DNA from: an uncultured Planctomycetaceae bacterium
Lineage (GTDB): Bacteria > Planctomycetota > Planctomycetia > Planctomycetales > Planctomycetaceae
Direction of reading: 5' to 3'
DNA length: 64,000 bases
NCBI GenBank assembly: GCA_963813715.1
Contig: CAWFAK010000007.1
Span: forward strand, 1,024,001 to 1,088,000
Shown here: piece by piece, positions 11,219 to 22,600 of the stretch
How positions within the stretch are numbered: position 1 is the first letter of the stretch
How the letters are laid out: the number at the start of each line of letters is the position of its first letter
Translations under genes and position numbers: made by a program
The notes under the pieces: generated by a model
The model's database searches: none
What the model saw: only the letters and a program-made list of their open reading frames with translations
What the model was told of the DNA's origin: nothing

Positions 11219-12496
11219 GTGGTACGGTCGATGTGGAGCCTCTTGGGGGAAGTCGCAAATCTGAGGGAGTGCTGTCGCCTGTGGCTGGCGGCCGCGCTCC
11301 TTTTCAGTTGCGGTGGTGCGATTGGCACTGCCGGCGACCGGCCCCCGACCGCAGCCATCGCTCTCGTGCCGAAGCCCGCGCCGGACGCCCGGTTTGAAGT
11401 CAGTGGGTTGCCGCCGGAGATCGTGGCCCCGCTCCGCAGACTCGGACCCCGCGACTCCCGCTGGGCGACAATCTTCAGCGTACATGTCGTGACGGCGGCG
11501 ACGGGCAACCAACCGCCGATGCTGGGCACGTACGAAGTCACCGCCGACGGTCTGCGGTTCCGTCCGCGATTTCCTCTCGAGCGGGGGACCGAATACCGGG
11601 CCGTATTCGCCTGGCCGATGCTGGACCGCAACAGTGCTCCGACACCGGCGAAGGCCTCGTTGCGCGTCGTCAGGACGTTCGCCATCCCGGCTGGTCCGGC
11701 TGGTCCGCCGGCACGAGTCGTGGCGATTTACCCCTCGGCGCGCGAGATTCCCGAGAATCTGCTGCGGTGCTACGTGCAATTCTCGGCGCCGATGAGCCAA
11801 GGCAATTCGTATGTTCACCTGCACCTGCGCGACGAGACGTCCAGGACCGACGTCGTCGAGCCGTTTTTGGAGTTGCCACAAGAGCTATGGAGTCCGGATG
11901 GGAAGCGGCTCACGCTGCTGTTGGAGCCGGGACGCGTCAAGCACGACCTGGTTCCGCGTGACCAATTGGGCCCGATCCTGGTCGCCGGTCGAAACTACAC
12001 GTTTTCGATCGATGCCGACTGGCCCGATGCCGACGGGCGACCGCTGGCCGCAACGGGGCGAAAGACCTTTCGTGCCGTGAAGGCCGACGTGCGGCCCATC
12101 GATCCCAGCACTTGGACGATCGAGGCGCCGCAAGCCGGAACGCGTACGCCGCTCTCGGTCCATTTCCCGAAATCTCTCGATCACGGCATGCTCGAGCGTG
12201 TCTTGCGAGTCCTCGGCCCGGAACTCGCGCCGTCCTCTGCCGAGGCATCGGCCGAGCTTGCCGGCATGATCCGCGTGATTGACGAGGAAACCCGCTGGAC
12301 TTTCGAGCCGACGCAGCCGTGGACCGCCGGGCGCTATGTGCTGGCCATTTCGACGCAACTGGAAGATCCGGCCGGCAACAACGTCGGGCGTCCCTTCGAG
12401 GTCGATCTGAATCGAGCGCCGGCTGCGCCGAATGTCTCCGCCGACGTGCGGATCGAATTCCAAGTGCGCAGCCCCAGCCGGACGCGTGTCCGCTAG
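11219..12496 (+). CDS. Secreted/lipoprotein hypothetical with Ig-like (Big_5-like) modules
   Basis: LLFSC lipobox-like; LRFRPRFPLERGTEY, VQFSAPM, WTFEPTQPWTAGRYVLAI...LEDPAGN motifs; start uncertain. Confidence 0.7.
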   Translation: MVRSMWSLLGEVANLRECCRLWLAAALLFSCGGAIGTAGDRPPTAAIALVPKPAPDARFEVSGLPPEIVAPLRRLGPRDSRWATIFSVHVVTAATGNQPPMLGTYEVTADGLRFRPRFPLERGTEYRAVFAWPMLDRNSAPTPAKASLRVVRTFAIPAGPAGPPARVVAIYPSAREIPENLLRCYVQFSAPMSQGNSYVHLHLRDETSRTDVVEPFLELPQELWSPDGKRLTLLLEPGRVKHDLVPRDQLGPILVAGRNYTFSIDADWPDADGRPLAATGRKTFRAVKADVRPIDPSTWTIEAPQAGTRTPLSVHFPKSLDHGMLERVLRVLGPELAPSSAEASAELAGMIRVIDEETRWTFEPTQPWTAGRYVLAISTQLEDPAGNNVGRPFEVDLNRAPAAPNVSADVRIEFQVRSPSRTRVR

Positions 12497-13654
12497 AACG
12501 TGCCGGCGCCGCTCGACGTTCCGTTCTTAAGCGACTGGAATCCCTCGGCCACCGACAGACCCAAAAGCATCGAGCCGAGGACCCGATTGACCGGCGCGAT
12601 GACCTTCGCCAGGAAGTTGTCGGTCGCGATCAGGTCGTCTGCCTGCACGTAGACACGGTCGCCCGGCAGCAGTTGATAGTTGGTGGTTGCCACGCCGTCG
12701 GCCGTGATCGAGCGCCAATTCACGCAGAGGATCTGCGGTCGTCCACCCGTTTCCGGACACGGACGCGCGATCCACACGCGCTTCGAAGAGACCTGCGGCA
12801 ACCCGTTGATCTGCGCGATCGCATCGAGCACGGTCTCGTTGCCGGTGCACGGCAGCCGCACGATCTGCTGACCGTAGCCGCCGCCGTCGGCAATGATGTA
12901 GTAAACCTTACTGTTGTAGGCCATCACGTCGACGCTCACGACGGGATTATTCAAGTATTGTGAGAGATGGGTTTCGACGGACTGCCGCACTTCGGGCAAC
13001 GTGAGTCCGGCCACGTAAACCTCGCCATAAATCCCCAGCCCGACCGTTCCGTCCGGACGCACCAGGTGCTGCCCCGCGACAACCTGTCGGCCGGTCGTGT
13101 CCGTGAGGACGACCGAGAGCTTCGGATCGCGCAGGCCGCCCGAGTCGTGCAAGTATTTCTCGATGGTGCCCTTGGCTTCGTCGACCGTCAGGCCGCCGAC
13201 CAGGACCTTGCCGTAGACGGCCCCAAGATCCACCGAGCCATCCGATTCCACCTGGTACGGACCGTTGAGGATTTTGGCTTGCAGCTCCGGCTGCTTCGCC
13301 GCCAGTTGCAGCAGGTTGCCGGGTGTTTCCTCGCCGATATCGAGGGGGAGCCCCTTCAAGAGACGGACCGTGACTTGATCGCCCGAGCGAAGCCGCGTAT
13401 CGGCGCCGCGGACATTGTAGACGGCATCGACTAATAAGATGTCAGGCGGCATCACCCGATATGCCGGCAGCGACGTGCGCGCCTGTTCGCGAGGAATCGC
13501 CGGGTCGCACGCGGCAAAGGGATCGGGAAGCGGAGGCGCGGAAGGGTGAAACGCATCCAGCGAAGGCCAGCGACAGCGCGCAGAGCATCAGTCCGCAGCC
13601 GGCACGCACCGGCGACGGCCAATTGTCAACGCGCAGGATCCCTCCATTGTCCAT
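12493..13654 (-). CDS. wza: Polysaccharide export (Wza/OPX) lipoprotein with duplicated Poly_export domain (frameshift ~13480-13530)
   Basis: YQVESDGSVDLGAVYGKVLVGGLTVDEA and HLVRPDGTVGLGIYGEVYVAGLTLPE; GNETVLDAIAQING; NYQLLPGDRVYV; lipobox LAFAGC in upstream frame. Confidence 0.88.
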
Positions 13655-13699
13655 CTTCAGTTTGCTTTCGATGGGCAAGCGCAGGTTAGTTTTGGGTCG

Positions 13700-13960
13700 A
13701 GCTGGAAAGTGAAACTGGCGAGAGGAGCGAGGCGGGTAAAGCGGTCAGCACCGTCGCGCGAAGGCGCTGCGACACGAACCAATCACGGAAGTGGTTGAAG
13801 CCGGCAAGTGACCGAAGTAGGAAGGTAATAGCGGTAGGAAAGTGACCGGCTGAGGAAGAGCCGGGGCAGGAAGCGAGGATCGGTAGGCAGGTGGCTCGGA
13901 ATTGAGCAGGAAGGGGTTTGACTTATATCCCACGGGCCTCGACTTGCCAAGGTCTTTTTG
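13700..13960 (+). ncRNA. Candidate CsrA/RsmA-binding sRNA (GGA-loop hairpin array)
   Basis: 10 GGA motifs, 8 within 13787-13911, several in hairpin loops; weak hairpin plus T5 at 13935-13959; boundaries uncertain. Confidence 0.5.
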
Positions 13961-14242
13961 TCAGAGGTCACGCGGCGGCCACAACGAAGGCCGTTTCTTT
14001 TGAGCAGCAAACGCCACCTCGACGCGCGTCGACGGCCAGTTTCGGCTGGCCGAGAACTCGGCCAGACCACGCGCCGGAAACCCTGCGCAAAGCGCGTGAT
14101 TTCGAGGCGCGCGGGACACACTCGGTTGCGATGATCGGCCGATTTCGCCGAAAGAAAAAATACTTTTGAGATTCGATTTGCACGCGTGGATTCCGGCGTC
14201 GAAAGCCGAGGGCCAATGGCAGAGCACCATCAAAACTCGGCG

Positions 14243-14272
14243 TTGACAGTAGCAGATGGTGCATGTCAGAAT
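14243..14272 (+). promoter_or_regulatory. Sigma70-type promoter of the NusG paralogue
   Basis: TTGACA (14243-14248), 18 bp, TGt-CAGAAT (14267-14272); inverted repeat GCACCATC (14224-14231)/GATGGTGC (14255-14262) flanks the -35 box. Confidence 0.55.
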
Positions 14273-14424
14273 CTCACAGCCCTCTCAGCAACGAACGACT
14301 CTCGTTCCGCCGTGCTTCGTCGCGGTCTGATCTCACGTCTGCGATCGAAGTTTGCGAATCGATGTCGTCGTTTCGTCCGTCGGCTGCCTTGAGCCGCTGA
14401 CACCCACACGACACGAGTTTGTTC

Positions 14425-14979
14425 ATGCCGGTACTTGAGCACGAGCCTGCCGTCTGGCCGGAAGATCTCTTTGCGCAACGCGTGAAATTTCCCGGTCCCC
14501 AGCAATGGTGCGCCTATCACGTCCGTCCGCGCGCTGAAAAAGCCGTCGCTCGTCACCTCCGCAGTCACAACATTGCGTATTACTTGCCGCAGATGGAGCG
14601 GCAGCGGCGCTACCAGCGGCGGCTGGTCCGCTCGCGCCTCGTGCTTTTTCCGGGTTACGTCTTCATCCTGGCGCACGACCACGACTCGGCCCGCCGCATT
14701 GAATACAAAGGAATCATTCGTTCGCTGGCCATCACCGATCAGGAGCAATTCGACGGAGAACTGCGTGATATTCATCGCTTGATCCAAGCCGGACAGCCGC
14801 TGACGCGCGAGGAACGACTGCAAACCGGTAGCCTCGCCCGCATTATCCGCGGCCCGCTGACCGGCCTTTGCGGCCACGTTGTGCGCAACAAACGCGGCCA
14901 GAAGTTCGTGTTGCACGTTCAGTTTCTGCAGCAGGGAGTTTCGGTGGCGATCGACGTCGCCAGCATCGAAGCCCTCTAA
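14425..14979 (+). CDS. NusG-paralogue transcription antitermination factor (RfaH/UpxY/LoaP-like)
   Basis: NGN domain WCAYHVRPRAEKAVARHL...YYLP...VLFPGYVF; KOW motif GSLARIIRGPLTGLCG. Confidence 0.9.
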   Translation: MPVLEHEPAVWPEDLFAQRVKFPGPQQWCAYHVRPRAEKAVARHLRSHNIAYYLPQMERQRRYQRRLVRSRLVLFPGYVFILAHDHDSARRIEYKGIIRSLAITDQEQFDGELRDIHRLIQAGQPLTREERLQTGSLARIIRGPLTGLCGHVVRNKRGQKFVLHVQFLQQGVSVAIDVASIEAL

Positions 14980-15077
14980 TTCACACGACCATCGAGCCCC
15001 GCGATCGAGTCCTCCTCCTCTCCTCTCCCTCCCTCCCGATACACGCCTCGTTTTCCCCCCTCGTTAGGAGTCGAAGC

Positions 15078-15497
15078 ATGCGAAGCGGATGGATCCGCGC
15101 AAAGCGGACCGTGGTCACTCGAAGTGGCATTGTCGCGGGAGGCCTGTTGATCGCGACGGCCGGCGCACCCAATTTGCTGGCTCAGTTACCAGTCGGCAGC
15201 AGTTTTGGCGTTCCGGCCAGCCAGCAGATCAACAATCCGGCCGTGAGCCCGTTCCTCAACCTCGCCCAGCCCGGCATCAATCCGGGGGTGGCCTACCAGA
15301 CGTTGGTTGCACCCCAATTGCAGTTGGGTAACGCCGTCGCGCTCCAGCAGCAGCAAATCGGCCGGTTACAGCAGCTGACGCCGGCGACGGGCCACACGAC
15401 TCCAACGTTGACGGGGGGCGCCATCCTGGAGACGGGCCATCCGACGTCGTTCATGAACACGTTGAACTACTTCCCGCAGCCCAACTTCAAGCACTGA
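15078..15497 (+). CDS. Small secreted planctomycete-type protein
   Basis: AGGAG RBS at 15066-15070; signal peptide; PAVSPFLNL, YQTLVAPQ, Gln run, TGHPTSFMNTLNYF. Confidence 0.7.
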   Translation: MRSGWIRAKRTVVTRSGIVAGGLLIATAGAPNLLAQLPVGSSFGVPASQQINNPAVSPFLNLAQPGINPGVAYQTLVAPQLQLGNAVALQQQQIGRLQQLTPATGHTTPTLTGGAILETGHPTSFMNTLNYFPQPNFKH

Positions 15498-16682
15498 GTC
15501 CGAAGCTGACTTTCACTGCGTCCACGCTCGACGGCCCGGTCTCGCAAAAGACTGGGCCATTTTTGTTGATTGGAAGAGGGCCAGCCTCTGGCGCAACTGC
15601 CGGAATGAAAAATGCCCTTTATTTTGCGAACATTACGGAAATGTTTTCGCCAAGCCATACAACAAACACGACTGGTGATACTGGGCAAACTAAACAGACT
15701 GCGGTCACCCCCGTCCCGACGTCGCATCAAAGCGGCTTGACGAACAAGCATGAAAATTTGTAAACCACCGCGCTGTCAAAATGCGTCGAATGAATTGACT
15801 TTTTTGATTACGAAGACGAAATAGACCTTCTCGGAGACTGGTTAGCAACTTCTCGGTGCCTCGCCTCGGCCCGCACTGAATCGAGTCAGGCCGAAACGCG
15901 TGCGACGCATGAGCTATCGCCGCACGGGGTAACCGAACAGGGCCAAGCTTGCTGCAGAAACCGCTCGAGCGAGAGGGAAGCCGTTCCCATCGCATTCGCA
16001 CGGAGTTGTGTTCGGGCGTTAGGAGTCCAGCAGGCATGGGCCATTGGTCGGCGCGAAGCGACGCGTGGGCGAGATGGGAACAAGCGGGCGTGCCGGGTTC
16101 CGCGCGCCACGTCAATAATTTCGGCAACACATCACCGTTGCCGCTCGGGGCTCGCACGGTGCGCTGTCACGACGGCGCGCGAGCATGTGATCAAGCGCCG
16201 CACAAGTGCCCTTCGCACACGCGCTGCGGCTCGATGCCCCGCGAACCGATGTTGCCAAATTGCATCATCCGTTTTTTCACCTCCCAGGACGTGCCAACAG
16301 GCTTGGTTCTTCGGGATATGCGGGCACTCGCTGTGTTGATCTTTCGCTGCATCTCCTCAGTTTTCCGAAAACTGCCAGATTCCGCTCGTATCGGCCGCTC
16401 AGCCGAGTTCACGTGGCCTAGCTTTGGGATGGAAGGAGTTTAACCGCGCGAAGGGACGTCTGCTTCAGCCTGCGGAACCACGTGCCGCAAAGTCCAAGCA
16501 GTGTCCCGAACGGTCGGCTTCACGTCTGCCAGTCGGCAATCCACGCAACGATCGCTGGCCTGGTTTGAGTTGTCACGGAAAAACTCGAACCCGGCAACAA
16601 CACCTCTCCGCATCGTGTTTTCTTCGCATCGTGTGTCGAGTGCCGTTGCGTGTGGAATTCTCTCGGGCCTGAGGGATGACTC

Positions 16683-19600
16683 ATGATTTCTCCTTGGCGT
16701 GCAATCTTGGCTCGCCTCTCGAGTCCTCGGCGCTCGGTCGGGCGTGCGCGTCGCCGCGCACGGTATCCGGTCGGCCGCTCGCTCGAAGGATTGGAATCAC
16801 GACTGCTCCTCAGCGGGACGCCGCCCAGCATCCCGAACCTGCCCTATAACGACAGCAATCTGTCGCCGCCGGGACTGCAATCCGTAACGACGATGCCCGA
16901 TCTGCCCGTGTTCAACGTGAAGAACTACGGAGCAACCGGGAACGGCACCACCGACGACACGGTCGCCATTCGCGCGGCGATCTCCGCGGCCGAGAACGAC
17001 GGCGGCGGCATCATCTTCTTCCCCGCCGGCACGTATGCCGTCGACATGCAGCCGGGAGACACGGGGACCTGGGGCAACGGCAGCGCCTACCCTGTGATCT
17101 TCCCGCTCACCTCGAGCAATCTCGTCTTCATGGGCGATGGGCCCACCCAGTCCATCCTGTCGGGTTACATGCCAGGGCTCAAGAACCCCGTCACCAACTG
17201 GAACTTGACCGGGAATTCGTATGACCCGATCAGCCGCTTCGGCATGTTCCGCATCGATTCGACCAACAGTGCGATCAACAACGTCCAGTTTCGTTCGCTC
17301 GGAATCACGGGCAACCTCGGCTGGACGGGCAATTACGACGTCGGCGGCGTCGCCGCGACAGGAGACGGTTGGGACCTGTCGAGCAAGGGAATCGCCTTCG
17401 ACGGCGCCAATGACATCAGCAATATCCTGATCTTCAACGTCGACATCTACGGCTGGCGCGGTGAAGAGATCTATGGCGGCGGCAGCGACGTCGGCTCGGT
17501 CTACATCGTCAACGACGATCTCTACGGCACCGATGGCGATGCTATCAGCATCTCCGGCAACGTGTTGATCGACAATACGACGATGGGCGGCACGTCCACG
17601 GGCGACGACGTCTACAACGGCATCGAGGATTTCTCGCTCGGCGCCCCGCAACAGACCACGGTCGAAAATTCGATCATCAGTGTCAGTTCCGATCCCTCGG
17701 CCGTGCACGGCTACGGCATCGCCTACCTGGGCCTGCCGACTTCGTCGCTGACGGTGACGAATACCCAGCTCGAGAACAACGACATCGCGATTCTGTATTC
17801 CGAGGTCGCCAGCAACGTCATCATTCAGGACAACACGTTCACGAACAACAACGGCGGCATGATCGATTCGATCCTGGGACTCTATCCCCAGTATCCGACC
17901 GGCTTCAGCGACTTTCTGATCGACGGCAACACGTTCAACGATTCGGGAGCCGCCTTCGTCAGCCAGTTCTACAGTCCCTCGACCAACTCCTTCGACAACC
18001 TGGTCATCCGCAACAACACGGTCGAAAACGGCAGCGTGCTCCTGAGTGGCGGCTATTACGGGCCGGCCTGGTCGAATTTCATCGTCGCGGACAACACCAT
18101 CGGCACGGGCGGCGGCGACATCAACAACACGTCGGACATTCAGGCCGACAACTACGCCATCTGGAGCGACAACTCCTACGCCAGCGGCTCGTCGAACGGC
18201 TACGGCTCCAGCTATGCCGTGCAGATCAACGACGCGAGCACCGAGACCACCACGTCGATCACGCCGATCACTCAGGTCACCGTGCTCGAAGGGAACGAAA
18301 CGACGAGCGGCTCGCAGTACGTGTCGATTCCGCTGGCTTCCAACTATTACCCCGTCGGGTTCGAAACGACGTTCATCGCGGGCCCCTATTCGCCGGGGAA
18401 CTGGGTGCTGCCCGCCAACTCGTTCTGGAATACGTGGACCAGCAACATCCCCGTAGGCACCGCGGGTGTGACGATCCAAATGGGCGCGAACGGCCTGTTC
18501 AGCGTCGTCCAACCCAGCTCGACCAAGCTCGCCTTCGCGCAGTCACCGACCACGGGCACCGCCGGACAGGCCCTGTCGTCCGTGTCCGTTGACGTCGAGA
18601 ACTCGAGCGGCGGCATCGTCACCAGTGACAATTCGTCGGTCGTGCTGACGCTGAGCGGCGGCACGTTTGCCAATGGAGCCACTTCGATCGTGGCGCAAGC
18701 CGTCAACGGCGTCGCCACATTCAGCAATTTGATTATCGACGCGGCCGGCGGCTACACTCTGACCGCAAACGACGGCGAGTTGACCTCTGCCACCTCGGCT
18801 GCGCTCACGGTCAATCCGGCCGCGGCCAGCACCCTGGCATTTATCGTGGCTCCCTTTGCCGGCTTCACCGGCCAGGCGCTTTACCCGGGCGTCGAAGTGG
18901 CTGTCGAAGATCAGTTCGGCAACGTAATCACGACCAATTCGTCCACGGTCACGTTGGCCCTGAGTAGCGGCACTTTCTCGACCGGGACCGCGTCGACCAC
19001 CGCCCAGGCCGTGAACGGCATCGCCACCTTCAGCAGCCTGACTTTGAATAACTCCGGCAACTACACGCTGAGCGCCAGCGACGGCTCGCTGACCGGGTCC
19101 ACTTCGAACAGCATTTCGATCAGCCCGTATCCCACGACGACCGGCGCTTCGAGCAAGCTGGCCTTCACGCAGACACCGACCAGCGGCACAGCCGGCACGG
19201 CCCTGGGAACCGCCGTCCAAGTGTCGGTGGAAGACGCGAACGGCAACGTGGTGACAAGCGACACGTCCACCGTCACGCTGACGCTCAATGGCGGCGTCTT
19301 CACGGGGGGTGGGACGACCGAAACGGTCCAGGCTGTCTTCGGCGTGGCCACGTTCAGCAACCTGATTATCGACACCTCGGGCAACTTGACGTTCAGTGCT
19401 TCCGACGGTTCGCTCACGGGGGCAAGCTCTTCGACCGTCGCCATCAGCGCGGGCCCGCCGACGAAAATCGCCTTTATGCAGACGCCCTCGAGCGGCGTGA
19501 TGAATCAATCGCTCAATCCGGCGGTCTCCGTGGCGGTGGAAGATCAGTTTGGCAACGTCGTCACTCAGAACAATTCATCGGTTTCAATCCTCGTTTCGAG

Positions 19601-22600
19601 CGGGCCCTCCGGCTTCAACAGCTCGAGCACGACTTCGGTCACAGCAGTCAACGGCCTCGCCACCTTCAACAATTTGTCATTTGGGTCGGTGGCGCACTAC
19701 AATCTCTACGCCAGCGACGGCTCACTGAGCGGCGCCGGATCGTCGAGCATCAACATCACGGCGACCGGAACGAACAAGCTGGCCTTCTCACAAGCGCCGA
19801 CGTCGGGAACGGCCGGACAGTCGCTCAGCCCGGCCCTGCAGGTCTCCGTCGAGAATCAGAGCGGCTCGGTTGTCACCAGCGACACCACGACGGTGACCCT
19901 CACGCTCAGCGGCGGAGTCTTCGCCAGCGGCGGCACGACGGTCACTGCGCAGGCCGTCAACGGCGTGGCCACTTTCAGCAGCCTGGTCATCGATGCGGCT
20001 GGCTCTTACAAGCTGACCGCCAGCGATGGTTCCTACACGGGCGCGACGTCGAGCAGCATCACCATCAGCCCGGCGACGGCCAGCAAGCTGGTGATCACAC
20101 AGGCGCCCACCACTGGCACAGCAGGGCAATCCTTGGGAACGGCCCTCAAAGTGTCGGTCGAAGACACTTTCGGCAACGTCGTGACCTCGAACACCTCGAC
20201 AGTCGCCGTCGCCATTGCCAGCGGTCCCGGCACGTTTGGCAGCGGCAGCACGACGTCGGTGGCCGCGGTCAACGGCGTGGCCACGTTCAGCAATGTCTCG
20301 CTCGCGGCCGCGGGGACTTATACGCTGAGCGTCACCGACGGTTCGCTGACGAGCGCCACCTCCGGCAGCATCGTCGTGAGCGCTTCGTCAGCCGCCAAGC
20401 TGGCGATCAGCCAATCACCCACGACGGGCACGGCCGGGCAGGCATTGGGCTCTGAAGGTTTCGGTCGAAGATTCGTCCGGCAACATCGTCACCTCCAACA
20501 CCTCGACCGTGACGGTTGCCATCGCCGGCGGCCCCGGCACCTTCGCCAGCGGCAGCACAACGTCCGTGGCGGCAGTCAGCGGCGTTGCGACCCTCAGTAA
20601 CTTGATCTTCGACACGGCCGGAACCTACACCCTGAGCATCAGCGACGGTTCGCTCACCGGCGCGACGACCGCCACGATCACCGTCAGCCCGGCCGCCGCG
20701 AGCAAGTTGGCCGTCACGCAGACACCGGCCACATCGACGGCCGGCCAGGCACTCGCGGCACTCCTCGTTGCGGTGGAAGACGCGTTCGGCAACGTCGTGA
20801 CATCCAATACGTCGACGGTCGCGCTGGCCGTCGCCAGCGGGCCGGGCTACGCGGCCAGCGGCAGCTCGACCTCCGTCGCCGCGGTCAACGGTGTCGCCAC
20901 CTTCACCAATCTGACCTTCGACACCGCCGGCACCTACTCACTCAGCGCCAGCGACGGTTCTTTGTCGGGTGGCACTTCGAACAGTTTCGTGGTGAATCCG
21001 GCCGCCGCCAGCAAACTGCTGATCACGCAGACGCCGACGACGGGCACCGCCGGAGGCGCTTTGGCAACCGCTCTCAAGATCGCGGTCGAAGATACGTTCG
21101 GCAACACGGTCACCTCGAACTCCTCATCGGTCGCAATCACCGTGGCCAGCGGCCCCGGCAGCTTTGCCAGCGGCAGCACAACTTCGGTCGCGGCGGCCAG
21201 TGGCGTCGCCAGTTTCGGTAACCTGTTGTTGGACACAGCCGGAACTTACACGCTGAGCGTGAGCGACGGCTCACTGTCGGGTGCTACAACCGGCAGCTTG
21301 ACCATCAGCCCGGCCGCGGCCAGCAAACTGGCGATTACGCAAAGTCCGACTACCGGCACCGCCGGCGCTGCGGCGACACTCAAAGTCGCCGTCGAAGACG
21401 CGTTCGGCAACGCCATCAGCTCCAACTCCTCGACGGTTTCGGTTGCGGTTGCGAGCGGGCCCGGTGGCTTCGCCAGCGGCAGCACGACCTCGGTCGCGGC
21501 CGCGAGTGGCGTCGCCACGTTGAGCAATTTGATTCTCGATACCGCCGGAACCTATACCTTCAGCGTCAGTGACGGCTCGCTGAGTGGAGCCACATCGGGC
21601 AGCCTGTCGATCAGCCCGGCCGCCGCCAGCACGCTTTCGATCGTACAAACACCGGCCGGCGGGACCTCCAACCAGGCGTTGAGTCCGGCCCTGCAAGTCG
21701 CGGTCAAGGATCAATACGGCAACGTCGTCACGGGGAACGCGTCGACGGTGACGGTCGCCATCGCGAGCGGCCCGTCCGGGTTCGCCAGTGGCAGCACGAC
21801 GTCCGTGGCGGCGGTCAACGGCAACGCCACGTTTAGCAACCTCGTCCTCAGTTCGACCGGCACTTATACGCTGAAGTTCAGCGACGGCTCGCTCACCACC
21901 GCAACTTCCGGCACAATTCCGGTGAGCGCGTCGACCGCCACTAAGCTGGCCATCACCCAATCGCCGACGACGGGCACCGCCGGCCAGGCTTTGGGGACAG
22001 CCCTCACCATCGCCGTCGAAGATTCGTTCGGCAACCTGGTGACATCGAACACGTCGACCGTCAGCATGACGATCGCCAGTGGTCCGGGCACGTTCGCCAG
22101 CGGCAGCACGACGTCGGTCGCCGCGGTCAACGGGGTGGCCAACTTCAGCAACCTGCTCTTCAATACGGCGGGAACCTACACGCTGGGTGTCAGCGATGGC
22201 TCACTGACCGGCGCCACGACGGCCACGATTACGGTCAGTCCGGCGCGGCCAGCCAGCTCGTCGTCACGCAGGCCCCGGCGACCGGCACGGCCGGCCAGGC
22301 CCTCGGCACGGCGCTCAAGGTCGCCGTTGAAGACGCGTTTGGCAACACCATCAGCTCCAACGCCTCGACGGTCTCCGTGGCTGTTACGAGCGGCCCCGGC
22401 ACCTTCGCCAGCGGCAGCACGACCTCGCTCGCCGCCGCGAGCGGCGTTGCCAGCTTCAGTAACCTGATCTTCAACACGGCCGGCAGTTACACGCTGACCG
22501 TGAGCGACGGTGCGCTGACCGCGGCAACCACAGGCAGCTTCACCATTAGCCCGGCCGCCGCCAGCAAGCTGGCGATCACGCAGACGCCCAGCAGCGGCAC

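Noticed and set aside
13831..13841. RfaH ops element (GCGGTAG)
   Set aside because: Only a partial match to GGCGGTAGnnTG; better explained as part of the GGA array
13786..13913. CRISPR array or iteron set
   Set aside because: Repeats are only 5-9 nt, there are no spacer-length unique segments, and no cas or rep gene is nearby
15682..15740. c-di-GMP-I riboswitch (GGGCAAAC seed)
   Set aside because: No GNRA-capped P2 stem or properly placed GCAAAGC segment follows
20440..22260. Programmed frameshifting or phase variation in the adhesin
   Set aside because: No long homopolymer or slippery tract at the breakpoints, and the same error type occurs throughout the window
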